A stretch of DNA of 64,000 nucleotides. Origin: Phoronis australis (taxonomy: Eukaryota > Animalia > Phoronida). The stretch spans positions 153,907-217,906 of the forward strand of contig NMRA01000236.1 of assembly GCA_002633005.1 (NCBI GenBank). The letters are read 5' to 3'. The notes below the pieces were generated by a model that was not told where the DNA came from, searched no databases, and saw nothing but the letters and a program-made list of their open reading frames with translations. The position numbers were made by a program, and so were the translations under genes. Of this stretch, positions 26,001 through 39,570 are shown one piece after another. Position 1 is the stretch's first letter. Each line of letters starts with the position of its first letter.

Positions 26001-27713
26001 CATTTTAAAACGTGTTATGCAGTGGCTCGAAACTTTCTTCGGCGAATCCGGAAATTTGCAAAAGTGGCCAAAAAAGTTAGCCAATAAAACGCGTCAAAGA
26101 TCGATTCTGCATATCCCATGTTCACGCGACTTTCTTACAAGTCACCGGGAGGGCTGTTCTCAGTAAGTGTTCTTTTGAATTTGGATTTGGCAACAACCAA
26201 ATAACGGTCGGATTAGTTAAGAGTCGCTTTATATTTGCCAGGTATCTGCCGAGAAGTGTAAAAACTCAGCTCGCATACGTTGGAAATTCCAGGTCGCATT
26301 TTGCGACATGATACGAGCTGACAAAAATCTCAGCTCGCATTTCCAGATTTCAGGTCGCAAATGCGACCTGCAGCTCGTTATGATATCAATAGCACCGTTA
26401 AACTAGTCACTTGAATAGGTTAACAGAGATTAGTGGTAAAACAGAAATGTTTTTCTGACTTACAAATCGCCTAATGGTCAAATCAACTGGTGATCCAAAC
26501 GAATCCGCCTCACATATGTTATAACGTCGACTGGTCATCCAAACTAATCCGCACCAAATGCGTTATAATGTCGACAACCTGTCACTCGAAGTTAGTAACT
26601 TACGCAATGCCAATTTACGAAGACTTCATATGTTTGTCATGGTGTTTCCGTGCGGGTATAACCACTCCATTTTATTCGTCATACCTGATGGTGGATACGC
26701 CGCCAATACTTAATTAATTCCTCACTACCAGCAGTCGTCAACAACATCCCCATCATTATTGTATGGCGCGTTTAAGTACGATGATACCGAGACTTAACCT
26801 TTACGTTTACACGCATAAACGTTCATTCACTGCATATTCGCATTATAACAATTGTACCTGTTGCGAACTTTCGATTGACTTAAGATGTCGACAACGCATT
26901 CAGAACCATGGAATAATGGTATACCACCTGTTAGTTTTGATGTGCAGTCTTCCAAAAAAGCTCCATTGGCCGACACAACTACAACAGTTAGTGTAAAAGG
27001 TTGTGTCTATTTATTCACTTAGAGCCGCTACTAGAGCGGTTGCTTACACAAACAGATGAGGTTATGCCCTGAGGCAACAGATAAATGGACGACTCATCAT
27101 ATGAAAGACTGCTTATAATGGAGCAAATTCTTGTATTGGAAAAGAGCACAAACGCTAATGCAATATGAGAGGCATTCGGTGACGAGCACCACGACGACAG
27201 TTTACGTCTTTGTTATAGTAAAATGTGCAACCGAACTTAAAGCCCGTGGCTGCATTATTTGTATTAACACTTGCTCCAAAGGTAAGCTAGATACACTAGT
27301 GTAGTAAGGCTTCCAAAGGCTCAGATTTTCATCTTGTGACTGCAGAAACTACGGGTTTTTGTTACGGGTTTTTGAATGAACATTTTAAAGCTATTTACTC
27401 GTCTCGCTGATTCATAAAACTTACAGTAGATAAAAATAAATACTACTGCACACGCTGCACACTGAATAGCTTTGTTGGTTCCTTTTCGCGAACTTTATCT
27501 TTCTAAGTCATTAACAGATTTTTCTCCGTGGTCTCTCGACTCCCGGTCATTTTTGTCTTTTTGTGGCATCTTTCATCGCACTCGAGATACTGTTGCCCGA
27601 GCGACAACTTATTCCGATTGCGACAATACATGCCGTCAACATTGACGACACTATGTGCCAGGTGCCACAATGTATGCAGTGAACACTGCCAAATGTTGTC
27701 GAAAGGGTGTCAA

Positions 27714-28203
27714 TGAGTAGTAGTTTCTTTTTTCACAAACAGTAAGAACATATTTACCCTTGACAGTTTCGGCTCCTATCAGCAGCCATCTCGGTCAGAC
27801 TAAATGAACATATAGGACGGAGGTGGATGAGCTATCTCATCGTAGGGTCACACGTTCAGAGAGGAGACGATCTCAGAGTACTATTAACAAATCTGCAGTG
27901 ACTGATCTTGCTCTTGGTTTTAATCATATGATTAACTGGGATGATGCAGGTCCTGTTGAGACTGAATGTAATCTAAGATCTAGACCGACAAGAGAGTCAA
28001 TCTGGGTCAAGAAAAGTGAATCGGCCATCAATAGGGACGATAGAGGATATAAGTTGTCCACGCCACCTAGTGTCCAGTAGGTTGGAAAGATGGTTGCTGA
28101 TAGTAGCCGAAACTGTCAAGAGTAAATATATTCTTACTGTCTGTGAAAAAAAGAAACTACAACTCATCAACTCTACCGACCTTGTGAAACTATTCAGTAA
28201 GGT
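27714..28203 (+). mobile_element. Short Penelope-like insertion (GIY-YIG C-terminus plus pLTR, with inverted pLTR fragment)
   Basis: KSAVTD....NHMINWD...RESIWVKK...INRD.RGY.L matches the PLE endonuclease end; 27714-27791 is the reverse complement of 28088-28166; flanking GTGTCAA direct repeat. Confidence 0.8.
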
Positions 28204-28599
28204 GTGTCAAGGACAGCATGTACTGTCGCACTCCATGTCGCTTACAGAGTCGCTTCATGGACTTACTGAGAACTGTCAGTTGCATTATTGCATCAAGTCA
28301 TTCATACCATAGTCGTCTATTCAGTAGAGAGGAAAATGACTGAAAACGAAGGGAGGGACAGCTGTGATGACCACATCCACAAGTATAACTGATGAGTTTG
28401 TGTCTGAAGACATCATAACCATCAGACCCCTTTGGTATTTGGTAAAGTGTTCCATTGTCGAATGGCTTGAAAAAGTTCTTTGTCTGGGAAAACAAAATTC
28501 TTTGAGCAAGAAAATCTGGTCCCGATTTGGTGGCTCTTTCGAACGAGTAATAAGTTATGAAGTGTCAAAAGGCTCACTGAGAATAAGTCTGACCGCCTG

Positions 28600-30715
28600 C
28601 TTTTGAGCCTCCAATAGACAGGGAAACCAATCTTGCTTTGCATCCTGACTAAAGTACTACAATAAATACACAGGCGCTGAAATATTTCAGACGGCCTATA
28701 GTGTCAACAGTGACACCCAATAACTCTTCACTGTCAACCTGTTTGAACTGCACACGACAAATAACCAGAGTAAGTTCAAAGTCACTTCTACTACGACGTT
28801 GCCGCAAGCTCTGAGGCAATACTCATACGTTTTGTTTTTTCAGCATGAATTACCATTTTGTTATCAGCACATCAGGTAGCAAATTTAATCCACATCAGAC
28901 TGAATTAAGTTCTTTACATTGACCAGTGAGTTTGCCACAACAGATAAAGTAGAATCGTCTGCATACATGTCAACTGCGCAGAGGTCCCAGGATGGATCCC
29001 TGTGACACCGTGCGTGATACCTATTGCTCGGGACTAAGACAGACGTCCACCAAGGTATACAACAAAAATTACATGGCACCTTTCTGAGAGGTATGATACA
29101 AGCCAATCCTGTGAAACCTTCCCAATCCTGTAAACTGACAGTTTTGTNGCACACCAGTACAGCAGACAATAGATCAACGCTAAGCTCCGCCCACGTGACA
29201 GCCATATTTGTTTTGGTCGTCTGTCGTGCATCACAAGTTCGAAAAAATGATTAAAATTACGCTGTAAACAAACAGGTATGTCACATTTTCTAAATATGAA
29301 GTAAATATCAGCTTTATTTCTAGTACTTCAACAAAAATTGGAACATAATGACCACGCATTCTGAACGAAATTTGATCTCAAGTGGCAATCGATGACCGCT
29401 TAACTTCAAAGCCGTTTTTCTCGGCTCGGGATTTCAGGATAGTGACACGATTCTCAGGCCTATTTTTCCACAACACGTTGGACAATTTTAACGAAAGTTG
29501 CAAATTTGAAATCCTCTTGGACTGTAGTAAAATCGCGTGCCAGGGTTTTTTGATAAATGGACCAGATTTTTAGTTATTAGACGGAAAGTGACCAAATGAC
29601 AAAAAGTGGCGTGCTTGCCCCAACTCACACACAAAAAATGCCACAAAATCAAGATCATAATGATTTTGTACATATATTTGGTATGGATAAGTAGAATATT
29701 GCGTAAGGAAATAGTTGATGATGATCCCTGTGCATTTTGAAAAAAAATTCGAGGTAAAATTGGATTTGTTGAAAATTAAAAAATACGATTTTTTAAAAAA
29801 ACGAATTACAAAAAAACATTTTTTTCGTTTTTTGTCACTTTCAGAGTCATGTCTAACTAGTTAAAACTCCCTTTTTACTCCTTTTAGTTAGGAACCTGGA
29901 GATTTGATCAGTGTATACACCTACCTTAATGAGGTGAGTGGTCACTTCTGAAACTGGGTTGGGAGGCAACTATTAAATCATGTTCAGTCAAAATGAATAA
30001 AGGTTATTGTGAACATGTTTCTCCAACAATTTAGACAAGACCGACAAAAGTGAAAATGGTCTGTAGTTGTTTACATTGTCAACACCACCGCCTTTGTGTA
30101 AAGAAGCTACTTTTGCAAGATTCCATAAAGTAGGAAATTTGGAGGTTTTTATGCTCAGGTTCAATAGATAAGTGATCGATGGCGTCAGCTCGTCATGAGC
30201 TAGTTTCAATAATTTGGAGCTGACACCATCCATACCAATGGCTTTATTTAAATCAAGACCATTTAAAAACTTGTCAACAAAGGAATATCATATCCTATAT
30301 CATTGCCTACTCTGGCTCTAACAAAGTCAACTAGATCGTTATGGGTGGAGTTTGCATCTTCAACGTCACGAATAAGTTTGCTAGCCAAGTCAGTAAAAAT
30401 GTGTTAAAATTATTAGCAATCTGAGTTTTATCGTATACACTTCTCATTAATCCCCAACATGGCAGGTGATGAGGATTTTTCGTTAGGATCAGCAACTTGT
30501 CTGATGACTTTCCATAACATTTTTGCATAAGTGAAATTGCTATTGCTCAGTGAAAAGTAATAACCACTCTTTGTCTTTCTAATCATTGATATAACACGAT
30601 TTCGTTCAAATCTGTAGCCCCCATATTTGCCGCATTGTCGCAGACTGTCCCGGAGCTTTATTGCTTCAAAAATGTCATCACTGAACCATTGTGGTTGACG
30701 TAAGTCTTCCATGGA
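28600..30715 (-). mobile_element. Decayed CR1/L2-group LINE fragments, interrupted by an unrelated insertion (~29150-29925)
   Basis: QWFSDDI..AIK.RD, NNYRPFSLLSVLSKLLEKHV and MYADDSTL motifs. Confidence 0.8.
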
Positions 30716-30719
30716 GCAT

Positions 30720-30890
30720 GGTCGTCATTATTGTTTCATCGCTATCACTGAAGTAAAATTCAAAAATGTCTTCCCAGAAGGTTCTGGTGCAATAACAATG
30801 TAAAAACATGTGTAGCAAAGTTTCTGAGGCTTGATTACAAAATGTACAAGCAGAAAACTCCAAGACGCCTATTTTATAAAGATATGCGTA
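30720..30890 (-). mobile_element. LINE C-terminal zinc-knuckle (zf-RVT, L1/Tx1-like) fragment
   Basis: CTFCNQASETLLHMFLHC..TRTFW. Confidence 0.65.
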
Positions 30891-32381
30891 CTTGGCTGAG
30901 CAAATCGACATCGTCTTTACTGGCCGTTAAAATGTAAAACAGAAAAAAAGCATGCACACCCGCTGTTGTTTCAACAAAAAAAAAAACAAGAAAGAAACAT
31001 CAACAAGTTTTTATCTCAAAACATTGAGCTCCACACCTCAAATGCAATAACGCGCACCTGAACTTGATTTTGCTGCCCGGACACAGTGACCGGCGAAGTA
31101 ATTCCCCTCCAGTTGCCGTGGAAAATATCATCACTTGCCAAATTGGCTTTGATTTTCAATTATCAGGATGGGAAAATATTGCAGTGTTAGGAGCATGATG
31201 CAGTATTTTTTAATCTCTTTGTCACACGAATTTCACCCATTCAAGGCCCGTGCAGCTAATTAATATGTTCATCTTGCGCGGCGGAACACAGACATCCGCG
31301 CAGACCAGGCGGTCGGGCTCTGCCAGGTAGTAGCTTATACGAATGCTTCTGGCTGAGGGGAATTATTCTTTTACTTTAAACTCATTAATACTTGTATCAT
31401 ATCATTTGGCACCATGGCAAGTTTTCTTTCTGAACGTATTTCTCCACCAAATGGTATTCTGTCGTTCGTTGTTGGCCGTCAGCAGCTCGGCCGTAACAGA
31501 AGTCGGTCGCTAGAGACCACCGGTATTTTAGTTTCCGTCTAAATTTATTTTCGATATTTTGGAAAGTTTAATCGTCAGTATATTCAACTGTATAGCGATT
31601 TTATTTAGATATCGCATGTTCGTTGTTATGTTTATACTGTTTGTTTACCAGAGTTAATTACACCCAATAAAACACGTTTAACCTAGTTTCCATAGTCGCA
31701 GGCCTTGTTATTCAATCGTTGGCACAGGACTGTGACAGTCCGTAATTTTATGCGTCTGAAACTATCTTCGTATGTACGGTGGGTACGATGTTCAAAAGCT
31801 TGACCGTACAAACGTTGCAGGTGACATCAGTAACACTGACAGTGGTTTACAACGATGAACTGCTACTTTGTTTTTGTAAATTTCAAAGACATGTTAAAAG
31901 AGCATTATTGCTTTTAGTAAATTATTGCTAGTTTAATGAGAAACAGTTATGTATCTCTAGAGCACTACACGAATACTGACACCGAGACCTGTCGGTGCAC
32001 CATGGAAAAACTTACGTAATAAAACCATACCGAGGTCGACTGCCAATCATATTGCACTGATGAGGACCTGTATACTCGGTTCACATGCTGACTAATTGCG
32101 TTTTCGCCAGCACTTTTGATAGCAGCAAAAATACCAGTAATGTGAAAGGTCGCAAAGATCACTTTTGCTGACGCTCTCCACGAGGTTTAAGTGTATACCC
32201 CCAAAACTACAAGCTAACACTTATGTGGCCAGACCGCTTACTTCTCAGTTCTCTGCTTCAAAGGACGTGTGCAGCAGCAAAAGGCAAATCAATCCATTTA
32301 TGACACAAAAATGAACGTGTATTGACATCAATTTTCTACTCGGGTGGTGAGGAAACTAACTAAGTATCGTTGGCTCAATTT

Positions 32382-32625
32382 GTGAACGTTACTCACGTAA
32401 ATTACGTGCGTAACTTAATTTTTGTTAATGGTGTAAATTAATTATCAGCTGTGTAATTTAATAATTAAGGGTGTAAGTTTAATTATTTGCGACGTAAATT
32501 AACTTTAAATGACGTAACGTAGTTATTTGCGACGCAAATTAATTTTAACTGGCGTAAATTAAGTATCAACGGCGTAAAGTAATTATTTGCGGCATAAATT
32601 AAAGTTAATTTACGTGCGTATATTA
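32382..32625. repeat. AT-rich ~21-bp-period repeat block; inverted copy at ~37380-37574
   Basis: GTGAACGTTACTCACGTAAATTACGTGCGTAA vs TTACGCACGTAATTTACGCGTGTAACGTTCAC. Confidence 0.7.
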
Positions 32626-32803
32626 TGCACTTACTTAATGAATTTACGCCGTCAATTAATTCTTAACGTCGGCAAATTATCTTAAATAATAACAAAGGGA
32701 AAACAATTGAGCTACGCCGAGACGAAACGGGGATTTGTTATTGAATGTTCAACGAAACGTGAACGATAAATGGTCCTGCAGTGAGGAATATACGTCTGGG
32801 AGA

Positions 32804-33194
32804 GGTCTCCAATCTTTTTACTCGAAATGGAACTCAAAATTAGGTTTGGCATTTTCTACTCTACTTTTAGGCGAACTCAAGATAAGTGTCTATTATTCTA
32901 TACCCGAGTACACAATAACTTGCGTAGATAATTTATTGCCTTTAGTTCACAGTTTGTAAACCCAATATTAAAGCAATAAGTTCGAGTTTGAACTCGAAAT
33001 TTCGAGTTTTTACTCGAGTTTGTAGCACGAATATAAGGGTCTTCAAGGGCAAACTTGAACTAGAAACTCCTATGCATAAACTATAATGTATTCGAGCACA
33101 GTCTGATAACCAATTATCTTAAGTTCGCACAAAAGGAGCAGAGAAATTGCTAAAAATAGTTTCGAGTTCGTTTCGAGTACAAAGATTAGAGACC
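32804..33194. mobile_element. MITE with TIRs and CTCGAAA/TTCGAG internal repeats
   Basis: GGTCTCCAATCTTTTTACTCGAAA...TTTCGAGTACAAAGATTAGAGACC. Confidence 0.65.
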
Positions 33195-33717
33195 GGGCCA
33201 TAGCGTGCGCGAGAGAAGAATTTTATACGCGGATTAAATTGTTTATATGATAATTATGGCGCAGTTGTGCGCCATTTGAGGAATAGAAGTCTTTAATAAA
33301 AGTAATCCCCTCTTTAAATCAATTTTCATAAAAAAATTCTCCGACCATCAACTCGTCATCATCGGAAATGGGCTCTATTTGATTTGTTACATATTCTATT
33401 TGGAAATAAAAAAGACCACGCTCTCGAAATCTCCGAATATTGATCTACTCATGTTTGGTAGTTTCATACGTTTCTATTGTCATTAAATAAGTATCATATG
33501 TTCAAACGTTTTTGAATAGTTATTAAAATTAAACGTCAGATCTAGCTACAATCAAGGACCACTGAACGATTCAGTGGAACGGTGAATGTTGACTGAGACC
33601 CTTTTGTACCGCTGACCTCACACGCATGCTGGCGCCCCTAGTACAGGTCATGAGTATTCACGAACCGAGTTAACCACTGATTTTGAGTTAGCCACTGATT
33701 GAGCATATTGATGGACG

Positions 33718-34938
33718 TTAAGTAGCACCAGACGAGTCACAGATAGTTGTAACAAATAATACTCTATATTGTGACCTTCGTCAATCCTCAAAAGTTCAGA
33801 AGTAAACATTTATTTTGCGATATGTTACATAGTGAATTCTGAAGTTGCATTATAAATAATTGCTCAGCTGAGTGTCTGAAGTCCTGTGTTCACTACTGCA
33901 GATGGCCGAAATACTAGTATGCAGTGGCTGTGTTTACGTTTCAGCGTCCCGTTTGATTTACAGCAGTGATAAACAGTCTGCTTTCTGTGAGTGGAATGTG
34001 TTAATTATAAATTTAGCTTATGTCGACCACAACGGTATCAAAATCTACGCCTTCATATCCATTAATAGTTCCATTGACGAACAGTACTGTCTGTGACCTA
34101 CCCAGATGGTGTTATCAACCCGAATCGAGTTACCAGTTGTTTAAACAAACTGGGCACCAGTCTCGCTGGTACCCTACGTACCNAACCTATCATGTGATAT
34201 CAAAATTGTTCAGAAACGATTCTGTTTGAAGCAGAAACTGGAGTAGAAAATTTGGTCAAAAATGACTCATTCCACACCAAGGAATTGCCTCATTTTGCCC
34301 CCAAGAACACTTCCCTTGTATCTCCTAAACCACCAAACTTTGTGGTGTCATACTCCACCCAATTTCTCTCATCCCTAATGTGATTTATCAGACTAAACAT
34401 GGATCTGAATGGCTGACCCCCCACCTTGCCGCCTGTTGGCTGTACAGTGGTCGGTGGATCCGTGGACTGATACTTAAGTAGCACCAGACGAGTCACAGAT
34501 AGTTGTAACAAATAATACTCTATATTGTGACCTTCGTCAATCCTCAAAAGTTCAGAAGTAAACATTTATTTTGCGATATGTTACATAGTGAATTCTGAAG
34601 TTGCATTATAAATAATTGCTCAGCTGAGTGTCTGAAGTCCTGTGTTCACTACTGCAGATGGCCGAAATACTAGTATGCAGTGGCTGTGTTTACGTTTCAG
34701 CGTCCCGTTTGATTTACAGCAGTGATAAACAGTCTGCTTTCTGTGAGTGGAATGTGTTAATTATAAATTTAGCTTATGTCGACCACAACGGTATCAAAAT
34801 CTACGCCTTCATATCCATTAATAGTTCCATTGACGAACAGTACTGTCTGTGACCTACCCAGATGGTGTTATCAACCCGAATCGAGTTACCAGTTGTTTAA
34901 ACAAACTGGGCACCAGTCTCGCTGGTACCCTACGTACC
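33718..34938 (+). repeat. ~465-bp direct duplication (33718-34182 and 34474-34938)
   Basis: Identical 74-aa pseudo-ORFs at offset 756; the first copy ends exactly at the N at 34183. Confidence 0.9.
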
Positions 34939-35484
34939 TAGCCAGCACGCAGGTATCACGCAGTGGCACTGATGTAACCTCAGCAGCCATTGGTTAGCTT
35001 CACAACACCGTGGAAAAATGGCGGACTCGGAACGATTTTTAGCCTTGTCATGCAAGTGGTGTCGCAGCGACTATTTCGTTTCTGCAGTTATGTTTAATAG
35101 CCGCGTGCTTGAAACACATGCATGTACAATAAACACATATCTGGCCCATTTAACCGGTGTGTTATTCATTCTGTATGAATACAGGACAGTATCGTAAACA
35201 AATGTCACCGACAGTAGAAAGATGCACTCGGAAAAGGAGCAATCACAATTTCTAGGATTCACATTTCCTAAACATAAATATTAAGCACCGACTTGTCTGT
35301 ACAACAGACCACATTTACACTTCAGTCCATCAGTCATGCCAGTTTGTTTGCGTACAGCGCTACCTGTTGAGAATTCGACTAGCCAATCAGAAACCCCGGT
35401 GTAAAAAAATTCCCCGAGGAAAATTAAGCGAAACCTGCGTGCTGACTACTGACCACCTAGCGGCACGCAGGGAACCAGCGAGGC
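34916..35484. mobile_element. MITE with a second inner TIR pair (34939-35448)
   Basis: GTCTCGCTGGTACCCT...AGGGAACCAGCGAGGC flanked by GCACCA direct repeat; inner TAGCCAGCACGCAGG...CCTGCGTGCTGACTA. Confidence 0.6.
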
Positions 35485-36410
35485 GCACCAGTATCCTACG
35501 CTTGTAGAGCCTCATTACAATTTTGATTATTATCCATTTCAATACAAAAATATCAAAGTCAGTCAAAATATTATTTCACAAAAAGTTTCCAATAACTTAC
35601 GAATCCCCAGATATTCATATTTATTCCAAAACCCGGCTACAGCACTTTTTTAGCCGGGTTATTCTTGACTGATTTTCTTATTTGACAAAAACTGTTTGGA
35701 TCAATTGGTGCGAAAAAGTTCAGCATTTGATGTAGTAAATAGTATTCTGTGATTCACTGGCATAGCCAAAACTATTAAAAAAGTTGCTCTAAAACTTAAC
35801 GTAGTGTTTCATGAGAAAAAACACAGGGCCCGGGCATTGCCAACGTTTCACAACTCCTAACTGGTGACTGATAATTACTATTATATGCATGAAGCTGATA
35901 TCATTAATCATTCTTTTTTCGGACATTATGTTTCTTCAAAAACAATGACTCAACGTCCTACAATACAAATCGTTGCCAAAAGTGAGGCTAACTAGCTGGT
36001 TCCTAAACTTGATTCATCACCTCCACTAGGAGCGCCAGCATGCGTGTTACGTCAGCGGTGAATATTGTCTACATTCACTATAAGGTACTGCGTTTCAGTG
36101 TGGCCGATGGTTGTTTACGTAGGGTCGTCTGCAGTTAACTCTAGACAGCCAGTGCGAATTTAGGGGTATCTACTTTAAATGTTAGATAATTGGAGTCGGA
36201 TTGTAACACTAATCAGCTTGTAAATTGTGTTCAACTAGGTAAACTTTTTTGAATTTTTACTCTATCACATTCCACTCTCGAGTTATAATGGTCATCTGGA
36301 AATCTGGCGACCATTTTGTCCGCCAACTCGAAAAACCAACGTCCTGGCGCCACTCCGATTCCGGTAGACTTTTTTTCTCGCACTAAGGGGTGTGAGAGAA
36401 TACGATTTAT

Positions 36411-36639
36411 GCAATAAAACCTTCTGTTGCAATTTTTCCGGGTCATCCGTAGAACGACTGGACTATGTGCCCATCCATGTGACAAGCAATAAAACCTTCT
36501 GTTGCATTTTTTTCCGGTTCATCCGTAGAACGACTGGACTATGTGCCCATCCATGTGACAAGCAATAAAACCTTCTGTTGCAATTTTTTCCGGGTCATCC
36601 GTAGAACGACTGGGCTATGTGCCCATCCATGTGACAAGC
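36411..36639. repeat. 75-76-bp tandem repeat, 3 copies
   Basis: Units start at 36411, 36486 and 36562 (GCAATAAAACCTTCTGTTGC...CCATGTGACAA). Confidence 0.95.
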
Positions 36640-37810
36640 GACTTTAACACCCATGTAGTAGACAGCTTTCTCTGATAAATTCTGATCTATAGAATTGAAT
36701 ATAGCGACCGTATTACAAGGTTTGACTTGTAACAGGTCACTACTCCGATGGCCCATTACTCTGGAAAAACACAACGATTTTTTTGATTTTTTACTCGAAA
36801 ACTACTTAACGAGTGTTCTAAATTTTTAAACTGCATTGATGCTTGATTCATCTAAACAAAACACTATAGGGGCTTCCCGATGTTCTCCTGTACTGCTGTT
36901 TCCTTGACCTCACAGGCTCTCAATCTTTCCTCTGTTGTTTTAAAATAATTTTGAGCGCAGTTTTTAAGTTTCTCAATACTAAGGACTGTGCGTAAAAATA
37001 CAATTAACACAAGCGAAAAGTAGCCACCCAAGCACCCAGGATTTACAAAATTGAACACCTATCGGGGCTGTACAGCACGTTGATTGAACCATTGGGGTTG
37101 ACAAGCACCGACCGAAAGCGATCAGCAGTGGTCAGTGTCAACCGCTTTCAAATTCTGGGCAGCATAGGATGGTGATCTGACACGTGAGCCATATGAGTTG
37201 TGTTGTTTTAAGGGAGGCATAGTTTAAGCACCTTGAAATGTCAACTTACTCTTGTTGAAAAGTGGCCGATGATCGGACTGTTTCATCTATGCCAGCAAAT
37301 ATTTGTGCCATTCTATTGCAATTGTAAAACTGACGGTTACTGTACGAGAAAAAAATTAATTTAGGGGGTAAAGTGTTTATTTACGTGCGCAAATTACGCA
37401 CGTGAATTAACTTCCATTTACGCCCTTAAAAGCTAACTTACACCGTTTAAAGTTAATTTGCTCCGCAAAAAATATTAATCTACTCCACAAATAATTAATT
37501 TATGCAGTTAATAATTAATTTACATCACTAACAAGACTTAATTTACGCACGTAATTTACGCGTGTAACGTTCACCCATCAGAATACGTATTGAATGAGGT
37601 CAAAATTTCAGAAGGAAAATGAACCTAATGACCCCATGGCTGCACCAAATGACCTGAAACTTTCGATTTGGAACTAAATTGCATGTACCGATCAGTTATG
37701 AGAATTTGAAATGTCTAGTCCAAAGTCTTAGTTTGCACCCAATTACTTATAACCTATTTAATCATATTGGATGACCCGATTACTTCGAAAAGAAACTTTT
37801 TAAATTAGGT

Positions 37811-39570
37811 TAGTAGTAGTAGTAATAATCTTTATTTAAAAGTCGGTGAGACTTAACAATGAAACGGTAGCACAAGTGCTATTATCCGACAAATTTAAAA
37901 TCTACAAAATGAAGATACAGAACTAAAATACTAGCTAATTCTACAGTACGGACAGAACTTAAAACAAAAAAGTACACATACATGTTACGGAGCGTGTAGA
38001 CATCCGTATCAGTTTTCACAAGAGCAGAACCCAGAGAAAAAGTTATGAGTAAGAGTGGCAAATTCATGTAAGGCAGTACATTGTCTCATTACTGATGGCA
38101 ATGAGTTCCACAGCAAAGTACCTTTATAGCTCCTAGCCTTATGTAAGAGTTGTGAGTAGCTTGACTCGCTATCATTGAACACAAATTTTAAAGCACGGTG
38201 TTGTATCTTTTCCATTTTCCTACTTTTCTGTATTCCACATAGGTGCCAAACGAGGGGGCAGTGATTAAAATAGGATCTTATAAATGCATAATATAACTTA
38301 AGCTTACTGTTAATGCCTAAAACATTACGAAGACGGAACAAGGCATTCATTTGTCTAGAAGCTTTTTTGCAAATAACATCAACGTGCTCATGGAATTTTA
38401 ACTGGCTGTCAAGTTGGACACCTAGCAGCTTAACGGACTCTTCACACTCAATCATAGTATCACCAGACATGAGATACCTATCATTATTATGTACACGATT
38501 CCTAGAAAAGATGATTGACTTAAATTTACCAAGGTTTACAGCCATTCCATTAGAGGAGAACCAATCCATTGCCATCTGCCCAGCTACCTTGAGGCTGAGG
38601 CGAACTGCAGATAAAGAGGAGCCTGCTTGCAAGAGGGTATTGTCATCAGCGTAATTATATAACTTTCAGTGACAGCTTATAGCGTAATACATATCATTGA
38701 TGAAAATGTTGAATAACATGGGGCCTAAGACAGGCCCTTGAGGAACGCCCTTGGAGACATTTAACCAGTCACTGACAGTGGAGCCAATTTTCACTCTCAT
38801 CCTTCTATCACTGAGATAGGACATTATGAGGTTACAGGTATTCAATGTGCAGCCATAGACTTTTAGTTTGGCAACAAGGAGCTCATGGGGGAGGCAATCA
38901 AAAGCCTTAGACAGATCAATTAGTATGCACCCAGCAAATAAATTATTATCCAGACCTAACCTTACATCTTCAGTTAGGCGCAACAAGACATCCTGACAAG
39001 AAAAACCTTTACGGAAGCACATAAATTTTCATTTAAAATTTCATCAAAATGTAGTTTCAATTGGTCTAGAATAAGTCTTTCAAAAACTTGGTTGACAACA
39101 GTTAGCACAGTAACTGGTCTATAACAGGATTTATCAATTCGGTCCCTTTCTTAAATACTGGGCTAACCTGACTTTTTTCAACATAGAGGGATACTCAGTA
39201 GAGGCTATACACTTGTTGAATATGGGTGTTAGGGATTTGCATATTACATCAGCGCCATACTTGAGGAATCTCGAATGTAATGAGTCATAACCCATCGATT
39301 TATTGCATGTAATGCCCTTAAGCTAATAGCTTACACAGGACGTCGTTTTCAGTGAGAAGCGGAGGACCCGTTGAATCGATCCTTCTGCACTTTCGAAGAG
39401 AATCGAGGTGACACTCGGATGAGAAGTATAATCATTGTAAGAATTTACATTTGGAAACTGGGAACTGATTGATTCCACCGATTCAAAAAAGTAACTATTA
39501 AAGATTTCAGCTACCTTATCAGCATCCGTGACAAAACTTGACCATTTTCACACAACGTTATGACTTACAC
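37811..39570 (-). mobile_element. 5'-truncated CR1/L2-group LINE with decayed RT
   Basis: IDLSKAFD, GVPQGPVLGPMLFNIFIND, NYADDNTL and KLLGV motifs across frameshifts; 3' end AATAAAGATTATTACTACTAC tail at 37837-37811. Confidence 0.9.

Larger units (their letters stand above)
33608..36059. mobile_element. Non-coding TIR element (~50-bp TIRs) containing nested MITEs
   Basis: ACCGCTGACCTCACACGCATGCTGGCGCCCCTAGT... and ...ACTAGGAGCGCCAGCATGCGTGTTACGTCAGCGGT; no TSD seen. Confidence 0.65.

Noticed and set aside
33718-34938. Biological segmental duplication or duplicated 74-aa genes
   Set aside because: The first copy ends exactly at an N (34183), which suggests a contig-overlap artifact; the ORFs have no protein-like features.
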